Assembly: GCF_000143415.4 (NCBI RefSeq)
Contig: NW_003314268.1
Location: 832,336-896,335 of the forward strand
Direction of reading: 5' to 3'
Source of the DNA: Selaginella moellendorffii
Lineage: Eukaryota > Plantae > Lycopodiophyta
DNA length: 64,000 nt
The notes under the pieces: generated by a model
Databases searched by the model: none
What the model was told of the DNA's origin: nothing
What the model saw: only the letters and a program-made list of their open reading frames with translations
Translations under genes and position numbers: made by a program
In this document: positions 36,293 to 48,589 of the stretch, piece by piece
Layout: each line of letters begins with the position of its first letter
Position numbering within the stretch: position 1 is the stretch's first letter

Positions 36293-37449
36293 AATATAGC
36301 TCAGGAACTCAACTCAGGAACATGGTACAAGAACTTGGCTCAGGAATATGAGGAACTTGAGGAGGCCATCTTAATCTAGCTATTTAGCTTCATGATAGTA
36401 TTGTCAAAAGTCTTATCTCAGCTGGGAGGGGAAACGCTTAGTGCTGGATTCTACTATGAGTTCTATTTACTATCATTATAAGTTTCAAATCTATAAAACG
36501 TACATCTCTTATCACAACTTTGAATCTTTTATTGGTTGTTCAACTTGTATATAGTGCATGCAACTCTTGATAGAGGTGCATTCTTGAGTAGCTGCAATTT
36601 CCAAGATTATTGCTAATCCCCTATTCATGAATCATACTTAGTCTACAAAAATGAAAACCCATGGATATTGTCTTGGTCTCCATCAAGAACACAATCTAGC
36701 CCCTTGATAATTATTATTCTGAATTTATTACAAATTTATTATCTAATTTGATAACTAATCTTTATAAAAGAAGTATTTTAACACTACACTACCTGTTGTC
36801 ATATTGTGAGTGTATGAAATATAGAACATGAATACATAAATGTACATATTCAATTAGCCTAAAAACCCTAGTTTATATTTAAAAGTGAGTGGTCTAAATT
36901 GAAACCAATCTAATAGCTATCATAATCCTATTATGTTAATAGTATTGTAGACATACACTTGGACCTCACATCATCCCCTCATGTTCGAAAGATGGAAGGC
37001 AATAAGAGTCTTTTGGTTGATGGACTGGGATCTAAAGGAATATCATAAAGTAAAGAACCTCATTAAAAAAAGATAAATTTAATTTTGCACCTTGTGGATA
37101 TTGAATATTCAGTAAAACATTTATAGATGGTATGAGATCTTTGTCCAAAAAATTCACTAATGCTAGAATAATATGCCATTAAAAACATGAGAAAAGAGCA
37201 AAAAAGGCAAAAGAGCTCAAAAAAAGGGCATCAATATTAGCCAAAGAACTCTCCAAATGATGAATAATTTTAAAATTATATATTTGAAGCTTTAGATCCC
37301 ACTTAATAGTACAACCAATCAAATTCTTCCACTTCAATAATGAAGTGATTGCAATATAATCACCCTTTAACAATGTTTAAAAACTATGCAAGTATGCATG
37401 AAATTTATTATAGCGAACTTGAATTTGGAACCAAACTCTAAGCCTTTTC
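36293..37449 (+). repeat. ~1.15-kb direct repeat, copy 1
   Basis: Collinear with 52817-53938. Contains a minus-strand RNase H remnant, a PPT and a short LTR. Confidence 0.9.
36805..36970 (-). repeat. Short (166 bp) 3' LTR of an old gypsy element
   Basis: TGTGAG...CTCACA ends; minus-strand PPT GAGGGGATGA at 36971-36980; upstream RNase H remnant KWDLKLQIYNFKIIH..ANIDAL. Related copies at ~53310-53471 and ~56095-56258. Confidence 0.65.
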
Positions 37450-40400
37450 TACACCCTATTATAACTGTGGGAATCTTGAGAGATAGAAGAAATATTCCAA
37501 TTCTTGAAATATTCTAAATGATTATATAAAAGTGGGTGAAATATCAAGGTTCTACACTTTGTGTCTTAAGCTAGAGCATGGAGAGAGAGAGTTTAAGACG
37601 TGAGCAAAGCCATGCGAAGAGGAGGATTAAAGTGCCACACCTCAATATAGTGAATTCAGCATGACACTCACCTTCTTCCTTTCTAGAGCTTTTTTGTTTA
37701 ATGGAGAGGATTCATGAGATTTGGAGTGGAGATCCTAGAGAGGGATAGACTAAGCGTAATAGGAGTTACCCCCATAGAGAAGTTTCTAAGTGTGGGAGTG
37801 AGATTTCATGTTTTCAGAGTTATGGCATGTAATGAGTTTCCAGTTGGATTTTCTCCCTTGTCTTTGATCCATTTGAGACACTCCTTCTGTGGGTATATAG
37901 ATTTTGAGGATCCTCTTTTCAACAAGTATAGGCAGTTGTGATTTGGTGGAGAGATGAAGGAATCCTCGCAATTTTTCCTTTCAATTTTCATTCCTCTTCT
38001 TACATGCATCTTCTTTCACTCTAAGCTTGAATTTTGGGGAGAGATGGTATCAGTTTGTTTTATGGGCTCTTAGATCTTGCTAAGAGCTATTTGGGAAGTG
38101 ATTTCTTGGAGGTCAATTCGCTGGAAGCCATGACATGCATATGTTTTTCTTTCTGCACATGAATATAACTCGATGTGGAATCTTTGCATGGTGAAAACAC
38201 TTTCCAATTTGTGCATCTTTGTAAGATCTTTCTTCTGAGTGGTCTTAAGGCATGGAAAAAGCTGCCCATCATTCAGATTTAGGCATTTCCATTTTTTCTT
38301 GTCAATTGCGATTTAGTTTCTTTCTTCCCTATGCCATAGCAATTTTTGAGCGTCAATTTCTCGAGTGTTTAAAGTCCATTTTCATTGCCGTTTGTGGCAT
38401 CATATACGTCTTGCTCTGTTCTTTCTTTTGAGTTATGACTTAAAAATTTGCATGGAGTTTTGAAACCGGTCCAAGTCATTTTCTCTAATGCTGTGTGATA
38501 AACAAAGTTGCATGCTTCTTTAGCGTATAAAGTTTTTACCTTTCTCACAATCTCTTGCATTAGAATTGTAGATGCTTTTATGAGTTATCATTCCCAAGTT
38601 GAATTATCCAATCCTATAAGATCTTGCTATTTTTCATTAGATTTCATCCTTATTTGAGCGTGATAATTATTCTTGAAAGTGATTCTCCCATTTTGCACTT
38701 GGTTTTTGCAAATCTTTTATGTGAGGAGGATGTAAGTGATTAATTTTTCCATTTTACTATAGTCACTTAACCACACCTCCGACTACTTGGAAGAGTCTCA
38801 TTCACAACTTTCATAAATCCAATTCAGGACTTGGGGCTTGCTAACCCCAAGGATGGCATCCATGCCACTTAACCTTTGCACTTGGTCTAAGTGCTCCATG
38901 TGTCCGATCCCATGACCAACACCCCAAAGTACTACTAATATATTAGCCCATTACGCTAAGGCTCTGCCTATTCACCTTGGTTATACCAGTGGTCCAATAC
39001 CACCTGCCTCACAATCCCGTCTCTCAAAAATTGGGCCATCCATCTAGGAGTGATCATCCCAAATCCACTCCTTAGCATCCTTAGGATGCTTGTAGACATG
39101 GGGAATAACCTTCCCCAATATCCCTTTTCTGGTCCCCACCAAGTCCCTTTTTGTCCATGGCTGTGTTCATCAACACTGCCATTGAATCAAGGCCCACAAG
39201 CCCAACCACTAAGTCCCTTTGTTCTCTAATACTCCCTTGTCACGTGACTACATCCTTGGTCACTACATTAGAGGACTGCTCCTCTTTCTTTCCACCATCC
39301 GGGACTCTTAGGACAACATTTTGGAACACCACGGCCCTATGCAAGCCTCATAAGTACTCTCCCCACCTTCCACCTTTGGGTGCTCTAGCCATGGGCTTAG
39401 AGCAAGATTCCATTGAGCCACACTAGGTATCCAAGTAGGTAGTGCCACCCATGCTTGGATTGGAAGCATCGACCATTCGATCTCCCGGGGGAACTAGAGT
39501 CGGCTCTTGAACACTTCACCAAACTACCCTGCTTGTCAATCCATATTCACTCTAGCCTTGTATTTTCCAGTGGTCATCTTATCACCCAACAGTTGGGTGT
39601 GGCCTTCCTGGACCAAACTGGCCTTTCTTAACCAAACTAGCTCAACTGGGATCCAACCCCCATACTCTCCCTACTATACTTTTGAAACCCTTTACAGCCC
39701 TCCCCCCCTCCCTCCGGGGATGATCACTTTGGGCTTTCACCCAACAGCCTGTGTATTAGTATTTGGATTCGGACTTTAGTCGTTTTGTGCTTGTTCTTCG
39801 AGCCTTTTGTTAGGAGTTCCACTCCCACTTTTGACCTTTTAAGTCGGAACTTTTAGTCCAAATGTGTTACGCTCGTTTGGCTTTTGCTTTGGCCACTACC
39901 ATGTGGCACCCTTTCGGCTTCACTTTGGGGCTTAAGGATTTTTGTCTCACAACTCCACCACCCCATAGACGAAGTTAGATGTCCTCATCGAACGATAAAT
40001 TATTTTATAAAGTAATACTAGCATGTAACACCCTTTCCATCCTTAGCACCTAGAAAATATTTGTCAATGGCTTGACACCGAAGGCTCACCATGCCTTGTC
40101 CATCCTCTAAGAAGCATGGTCTTTCCAACTTAGAGACTCATTCAACTATTTGTGGTGGTTTTCTCCTTTATTGGTTTAGTTCTTGTTAAATTTGTTAAAG
40201 ACACCTTTTTTATCTCATTCCCGCTACTCATTCTCAAGTATTAGTTTCCATTGATATAACCTTTGTATTTTGGAACTTTTATTTTTTACTTCTCAGAGTT
40301 AATTTCCTAGGTGTCTCTGACACCTTGCATTGCACATTTGGTGCAACTCCACTTCCCCATCCTAAGAAGTTCTTTACTTGAGGGCACTTTTTTATTTTGT

Positions 40401-41898
40401 GCCATATTTAGCACTAAGTTCTAATTATTATAATTTGTGCTAGGGCTGTCCACAGCCCTATTATTTAGCTACCTTACTACTCCCTCCCTTAGAGCTTTCA
40501 CCTTCGCCAAATCAAAGCAATTAAGAATCCATCCTTGGAAACACATTACCTCCTCGCAATCCATTAGCATCTAACACATTAGTATTCTTGGCTTAACTTT
40601 GCCATTTGGGTTCTATCCCATGATTCCCATGGCTCTTTTCTTAGCCATTAGTCTTTTGCTCCTATCCATTAATTAATACCGTCTCTCCTAAAGATTATTT
40701 TCTTTGGACTCACTATGCCATCGTATTGACATAGCTCATTTCCCTTAAGTGTTCTTCCCACTTGGTCACCTTGGCCAAGCCACACCATTATCATTTGTTC
40801 AAATTAATACTTTAAATTAGGAACCTTATTCTTTACCCAAACAAGGACTTTGTCCTTATTTAGCCTCAAAATCACTTAGTGATTTCATTTTGGCACCTTA
40901 ATAGGTTTGCCAATAGGTATTAAATCTTCCAAACTTTTAAGTTGTTGACCATGACCCCAGAAACATCCCCCACACTTAGCGGTGCACCCAAACCAGCCCT
41001 TCCAACCAAGGGTCCATAGCAACTAAGACTGGGTGTCCCCATCTCATTCACCATGTTTTTGGCGCCACTTGCACCAAAGTGTTCAAGTTAGATATACCGA
41101 ACCACACTAAGCAATTTAACCGTATATCACAACTCTGGAGCATCCCCTGTTTAGCAATGTGCCCAAGCCAGTTTCCTTCTTGAGAGTCTATGACCACCGA
41201 AAAATGAGTGTCCTCATATTCCAAACCATCACCACGCTCTAGTGAGTTGGGACTCGAACCTACGCACTAGAGGGTTAGGACTTGAACCCAACCTCCGTAT
41301 ATACATCTACGGATGGCATCACCTAGAATGCCTGGCGTGACTCCCCACGTTGGTGCACCAACTTACACTTAAAGCGTGCTACAAATCACAGCTTAGGAAC
41401 CTAGTTCCTCTGCACTGCTAAATCCTCTCACTTGACATGTCTATAATCATGCATATACTCCTCCATGTTTGGCCCCATGGGCCACCCCTTTTGAAATTAA
41501 CACCTTCAACTAGGGTATTTGTTCCCCTGACTTGCTAATCTTACCTAACAAGCCATCCGACTACTGTAACATGGTGTGTGAAAGTCTTTAACCATCAACT
41601 TTTGTTCAAATCTCTCTCTTTGAACACTTGGGAATTATTTCCCTAACCTTGATAGCCTCGCCTCATAACAAGCTTCAAGACCACACTTTTACTGCACCAC
41701 TTTGATTTCACGTGTTTTATGAACCATTTACACTTGGCTTTCTATGTACTAAGCTACCTAGAATTGTCTTTGGGAACCTTGAAGGGATTTTATCCCTTAA
41801 CTTGCTAAGGCTTCTTCTTTCACAAATTTTTTAATTGCCATATGATCTAACATGAATAATTCCATGCTTTAGACTCTCCATGATATCATAATTGCTAG

Positions 41899-43052
41899 TG
41901 TAGCGCACCTTATCTCTTTCCCCTTAAACCAACTGGAAAAGGGGCAATTGCTTGATGAGAGAGCCCTTAGTGGCTATTTTATCCCCATTTATCTCCCAAA
42001 GTTCCAAGGATCCACGGTGACAGTATATCCAAATCTCATCCTATGATCATATGCGCTAGACTCAACTGTAGCGCACCTTATCTCTCTCCCCTTAAACCAA
42101 CTGGAAAAGGGGCAATTGCTTGATGAGAGATTTTATCCCCATTTATCTCCCAAGGTTCCAAGGATCCACGGTGACAGTATATCCAAATCTCATCCTATGA
42201 TCACATGCGCTACACTCACCCCCCCTTTAGAGATGTCAATGTCCTCATTGACTATTGACTAACAACCCCTACTGAGCCAAGGGGAACCAGCACTTCCATT
42301 TCCGCACTCAATCTACCAATCCTTCCATTGTGTAGACCAGTTATTCCATGTGAGGCAACTAGTCATCCACCCGTACCGTAGTCCCACGGTGGATACCTTC
42401 GTCCCCCTTTTAGAGATGTCAATGTCCTCATTGACTATTGACTAACAACCCCTACTGAGCCAAGGGGAACCACCCGTACCGTAGTCCCACGGTGGATACC
42501 TTCGTCCCCCCTTTAGAGATGTCAATGTCCTCATTGACTATTGACTAACAACCCCTACTGAGCCAAGGGGAACCAGCACCTCCATTTCCGCACTCAATCT
42601 ACCAATCCTTCCATTGTGTAAACTAGCTATTCCATGTGAGGCAACTAGTCATCCACCCGTACCACAGTCCCATGGTGGATACCTTCGTCCGTGGATACTC
42701 CACACAAGAGGAAGGATATCCACCGTGTCCGTGGATACTCCACACAAGAGAAAGGACGTACGCATGGATGCCCAATACGTACGATTTCAAATTTAGGGGT
42801 AGGAATATACCTTGCTCAAGGGTATATTATACTTTTAAGTAGCCACTAATCAATGGGAATCGAACCCGTGCCATTTGCTCCGATACCAACTGTAGCGCAC
42901 CTTATCTCTCTCCCCTTAAACCAACTGGAAAAGGGGCAATTGCTTGATGAGAGAGCCCTTAGTGGCTATTTTATCCCCATTTATCTCCCAAGGTTCCAAG
43001 GATCCATGGTGACAGTATATCCAAATATCATCCCATGATCATATGCGTTACA
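41899..43052 (-). mobile_element. TRIM with three LTRs
   Basis: LTRs at 42891-43052, 42067-42214 and 41899-42060; PBS TGGTATCGGAGC (42877-42888); PPT next to 42215; perfect GCTAG TSD. Confidence 0.93.
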
Positions 43053-45701
43053 GCTAGCAACAATATACTTGAGCACCTATTTCATTCTCCACTCTCAATT
43101 TACATAACCACCCTTAGTTATGCCCGTCAATTCCTTTGGTTTGGTCCTATCCCTTTACTACTTGCTTTTTAGCCTCACACATTTCCTTCAGTTATTCTCC
43201 TTTAGACTAGTAGGATAGTTTTGCACTTTTTACTATGCCTTAGCAAGTATTTATAGGGATGAACCTACCCGATAACCTAGGGAGTGGTTCCTCAATTTGG
43301 GTATGCTCATCTTATAATCCTACACACTCGGATTAACGTTGCTACTTATGTGCTTTTATATACCCATTACTAACCTTGCCAAAATCCCATTCTTAATTTT
43401 GTCCAATTCAGGTAAACGGACTTCTCCCATCTTTGCAACCTTGGACGTTTGGATAACACCTCCTATCCATCATTCGCTAGGGACTTAATCCTTTAGGCTT
43501 TATTTATTACCCTCACGACACCAAACACCACCTTTTAGTGTTCTAAAGTGCTTGGGTGTCCCAATGATGGCCTTTTTGACAATGAGTATTCCCTTTATGA
43601 CATTGATTTATTATATTGCAACATAAGCAATTTATCCCCGATAAAGGTATATCTAACTTCTTTATCCTAATAAAAAGTCTTAGATAGTTATCTTTTATCA
43701 GTTTAACCAATTATTTTGCACTTTTTGCTTAGTTACTTCATAGTTGTTTAGTCGTACAACTCATTGCTGGTGTTTCCACACCTCCATCATTATTTGGGAC
43801 ACCACATAGGCTATACCATTCCCATTTCTATTAGAATTTCTTTGGGAAGGGGTTCTCATGAACTTGCCAATTTAACCTCAAGGCATCACATTTTGGCACA
43901 TTCGGTGTCTCCATATCATCAGGTCTACGAGCTTACATTTATGACACTTCTCACTTGTGTCTAGATCCTTACCAAGACCAATACAATTCCTTCTCATGCC
44001 AATTGTTTGTTAGCATTACACCATAGAGTTTACACACAACTTTGTGTCAAAGTTGTTTTCTTCTAAGAACACCTTCCCTATGACTTTAGTATGGCCCATT
44101 TTGCCATTAATGAGATACCTATTATTCTCATATATGGATCTTATGATCCTCCTCATCTTTTGTGGGGCACAACACACTTCAGTTCAAATGCTTTCACCAA
44201 TCCCTTAGGACCATTCCTTGACTCTACTTGAGTCATCCAGCATTTTTGGACTTTGCTAATTTAATAACTTGTAAAGTTTTATTTTTTGAGGTGCCAACTT
44301 GCTAGAATACAACTTCGTGTATTCAAGTCTTACTCATAAGGACCATTTTTGCAAATGTTACTCTAACACTCGATTATTTTCCATTCTTTGTGGGCTACCT
44401 TTGCCCCTTAGGACTATCTGTTGATATGATGAGAATACTAACTCATCCTCTAAGCACACCCTAAACTCCTTAGGTTTGTTCCAGCATTTATAAAAAGTAG
44501 CTCTCGTTACCATTTCAAGGACTTGTGTCCTCATCCATACTTGACCTCTAATGGCTATTAATTCTAGTCTCAAATTCATGAGCACCAGCCTCAATTATAT
44601 GAGGATAATCTTGTGACTTCTTTATTGTTTTGGAGTCTCTATCTTTCCTGTGATCCCAACTATAATTGTTTACCACAACTACATTAACTAATTTGATAAA
44701 TTAAATGCTTATCTGGATCACATCCTCAACTTTCTGAGAAAAACCTTATACTATTCCCAAGATCCCGAAGTCATTCTGTTATTGGCCCTTTTTTATCCAC
44801 CACCTCACATATAAATTCACATATGAACTATAGTGGAGAGCCATGTCTTCCCGACCTGCTACTCTTCAAGGATAGACCCACTCCTAAGACCTTCCCATGT
44901 CAACACTAGTGGTGATATATTTGAGCATCAATAAAAGTTAGACTAAGGAACAGTTCTGATACCAAATTGTAAGTAACTAATTTTTCCATTCTACTTTAGT
45001 CACTTAACCACACCTCCGACCACTTCGAGGAGTCTCGTTCACAACCTCTATAAGTCCAATTCAGGACTTAGGCTTGCTAACCCCAAGGATGGCATCCATG
45101 CCACTCAACCTTTGCACTTGGTCCAAGTGCTCCACGTGTCCAATCCCATGACCGACACCCCAAGGTACTACCAATATATCAGCCCGTTACGCTAAGGCTC
45201 TGCCCATTCACTTTAGTCACACCGGTGGTCCAACACCACTTACCTCACAATCCAGTCTCTTAAAGACTAAGCTATCCATTCAAGAGTGATCATCCCAGAT
45301 CCACTCCTTAGCATCCTTAGGATGCCCGCAGACATGGGGAATAACTTTCCCCAATATCCCTTTTCCAGTCCTCACCAAGTCTTTTTTTATCCATGGTTGT
45401 GTTCGCCAACACTACCACTAGATCAAGGCTTATAAGCTTGACCACTAAGTCCCCTTATTCTCTAGGACTCTCTTGTCACGTGATCACATCCTTGGTCACT
45501 ACACTAGAGGATTGCTCCTTTTCCTTTCCACCATCCGGGACTTTGGGATAACATTTTGGAACACCACGGCCCTATGCAAGCCTCATAGGTACTCTCCTCA
45601 CCTTCCACATTTGGGTGCTCTAACCATAGGCTTAGAGTGAGGTTTTGTTGAGCCATGCCAAGTATCCAAGTAAGTAGTGCCACCCATATTTGGACTAGGA
45701 G

Positions 45702-46060
45702 TGTCAAGACCCCCAACAAGATCAGGACTGGAAAATGTAGAAGACAAAGAAAAAAGTTAGTGGAGACAAAAAAAAGGCCTTAGACTAGTTGATTCAGATT
45801 GTGGAGAAATGGAACAAGGCTAACCTATATATACTATAGATTGATAAAGCTCCACCACTCTTGGATCGAGGACGGCCTAAATATAATTGAGGTCAAAGAG
45901 GTGCCATGTCATCATCAGGAGTGTGGTTCAAGAATCAGGAATCATATGGGAAATCAGAGAGTCAGGAATAGGGAAGTGTTTTGAGAGTCAGGAATGTGGT
46001 CTATAGGTTAGGAATCCGGCGAGAGTCAGAAATGTAGCAAGAATTAGGGAATTCTTGACA
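45702..46060 (-). mobile_element. Chromovirus solo LTR inserted in the family C 5' LTR
   Basis: Reverse complement of 5036-5396; TSD AGGAG/GGGAG; absent from the sister LTR at ~39460. Confidence 0.9.
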
Positions 46061-46320
46061 GGGAGCATAGACCATTCAATCTCCCGAGGGAACTAGAGCT
46101 GGCTCTTGAACACTTCACCAAGTTACCTCACTTGTCGGTCCGCATTCACTCTAGTCTTGGATTTCCCAATGGTCATCTCATCACCCAATAGTTGGGTATG
46201 GCCTTCCTGGGCCAAATTGACTCCACTGGGATCCAATCCCCACACTCTCCCTACAATACTTTTGGAACCCCCTGCAGTGCCTCTCCCCCCCACCCCCCCT
46301 CGGGGGGACGATCTTGAACT

Positions 46321-46481
46321 CGGACTCCATCTCGGGTCCATCTTAGACTCCATCTCGGACTCCATCTTGGGTCCATCTTGGACTCCATCTCAGACTCCAT
46401 TTTGGGTCCATCTCAGACTCCATCTTGGGTTCATCTCGGACTCCATCTCAAGTCCATCTCGGGTCCATCTCGAACTCCTCC
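46321..46481. repeat. Minisatellite of 11/12-bp units (CTCGGACTCCAT / CTCGGGTCCAT)
   Basis: About 14 degenerate tandem units, read directly. Confidence 0.85.
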
Positions 46482-48589
46482 ATGTGTCATATGTTGGTCC
46501 TCTTGTGTCCCTTTTCTAAAGACTCATTTATTGGTCACTTCATGCTTGTTCCTTGAGCCCTTCGTTGGGAGTTCCACTCCCGCTCTTGACCTTTCAAGTC
46601 AGAGCTTTTAATCCAAATGTGTTACGCTCGTTTGGCTTTCACTTTGGCCACTACCACGTGGCACCCTTTTGGCTCCACTTTGGGGCTTAAGGATTTTTGT
46701 CTCACAAAGGATGATCTAGCTTCTTAGGCCAATATTGAGCCACTTTCTAGAAAATTCCATCTATCATAGCAAGAGTTCTTAGCATAACAACAACACTTGT
46801 TTCTTTTGGGGGCATCTCAACATTTTCACACCTCTTAGAGTTTTATTTTTGGAGTTTACAATGTTCACAACCATTTATTTTGGTTGTGAGCTTTTCTTAG
46901 AGCATTTAGAGGATGATTCGACTTACTAGATTTGGTGTATTGCTTAGTAATATTTACTGGATTTGGGCATTTACAATGATTTGAACATTTTATACCGGTG
47001 ACAACACGTTCACAATCACCTGGAGGATCAATTTGGAAAGCACCAAGTCCCCACTCTTAAAGGCAAGTTTTCACCTTTAAGGCGAAAGCTTGATTTCCAA
47101 CAATTTGTCTTGGACGAGGAGGATTCACTAGATCCAGCAAATACCTTTTCTAGAGATTTACAACAGCCGGTAGAGATGGTTAATCCAATCCATATCCTAT
47201 AGGGGGATGTGGATTTACCTCTCTTCATATCAAGAGCTTCATCAATATGGAGTCATATAGTAGAATTTGAGGTCTTTTATGACTCAAATGGAATTATGGT
47301 AGATGCAAACAAGCACAACCACTTCCTTTGATTGATGCATATATAAGCTCAAGTTTGGGCAAAGTCATTTTTGGATATAGAATGGGAATGATTCCTCAAG
47401 ACATTTGGACAAAAGAAGGATCTCCAACAACTCCACACCAAGTACTTTTCTTTCTGGCAAGCACCATATGAGTCTATTGTCAAGTATATTTAGTGGTTCA
47501 AGCAACACTAGAAGTTATGCCTCACTCAGATCCTAGACCTCATAGAGACAACTGTGGTTGCTGCTTTTGTCCAAGGGCTGAAGCCACTCATCCAACGCAA
47601 ACTTCTCAAGTGTAAGCATACTGAGTGTTGTCTAGCTTTTAAGCATGCTGAGGAGATTGAGAAGGAGTTTTGCCTCACTCTAGGTGTCTCCCAAGTTTCC
47701 CAGCCTCCATCCAGCCACCTCCTTGAGCATTTGATCACAACAGTTTCTCACCAACCTACACCTAGAGTCACGGAAGAGAGATTGCCACTAGCATTAGAAT
47801 CTGCTGTTACAAAATTTTGCTAGTACAAAAACCTCCTTGACTGTCAACAGCAAGCTCTCTTGCACCAGTAACAGCAACAAACTGCCATTCTCAATGAACT
47901 TAAGGCACTAAGACTTCAGCAAACAGATACAACATCGAGATGACCCCATCATTGGTATACCCATTGCGAGGCCAATACACACTCAATAGAATGGTGTTAT
48001 CACCTCCATCTAGAGCTTCGACCTCCCTAGAGTCAACATGTCCAAGAGCATCCACTTGCTAATAACTCCACACTTTGGCCACCTCTAAATGGATATTAAC
48101 AACAGCTCCAACAATGTGCAATTGAAGCTGCCCCATTGACAAGCAAGGGAAAAGAATCAGCTCTCCACATCAACACCATTAATGACGAGACCCTTACAAT
48201 TGTGACTTGAGCTTAGAAGAAGTGTCAGCCAACAGCTTCAGACATCAATGGCAAGCAAGACTTAGCTGTTCAACAAGTACTAGGTCCAACTATTGCATGC
48301 AAGTTACCCTTTAAGTTGGCATTTGCTGGATCCGTTATTGTTGATGTTGGACCTTCTCAATTTGACAGCACATCTTGTCTAGGCTTGGCTGGTACATCTT
48401 TCATGACTCCTACCATATCTTCAACTCTTTTGATGGATGTCATGTAGCAACTATTACACAGCTCAATCACCCTTTCACTCAGACAACTTTTGTGATCAGT
48501 CCTAGGATTTGGACAGCAACTAGAAGCTCTTACACATTCTAGCCAACATCTTATTTGTGCTAAAGAGGAGATCTGCATTGTGGATACCA

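Larger units (their letters stand above)
38731..46706 (-). mobile_element. Non-autonomous LTR retrotransposon (LARD-like), family C
   Basis: LTRs at 38731-39951 and 44968-46706 (element strand TGTGAGACA...TTACA); PBS TGGTATCAGA at 44955-44964; PPT GGGGTGGTGGAG at ~39953-39964; TSD GAGGA/AAGGA. No recognisable ORFs inside. Confidence 0.9.

Noticed and set aside
41940-41990. Hammerhead ribozyme (retrozyme) in the TRIM LTR (TTGATGAG) or LTR A (GTGATGAGAAAC, ~8041)
   Set aside because: No CTGANGA core with stem II and GAAA in the right arrangement.
42891-43052. Cassandra-type 5S rRNA region in the TRIM LTR
   Set aside because: No A-box/C-box match such as AGTTAAGCGTGC or GGATGGGTGACC.
46321-46481. 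CRISPR-like array
   Set aside because: Contiguous 11/12-bp units with no unique spacers and no cas genes, in a eukaryotic context.
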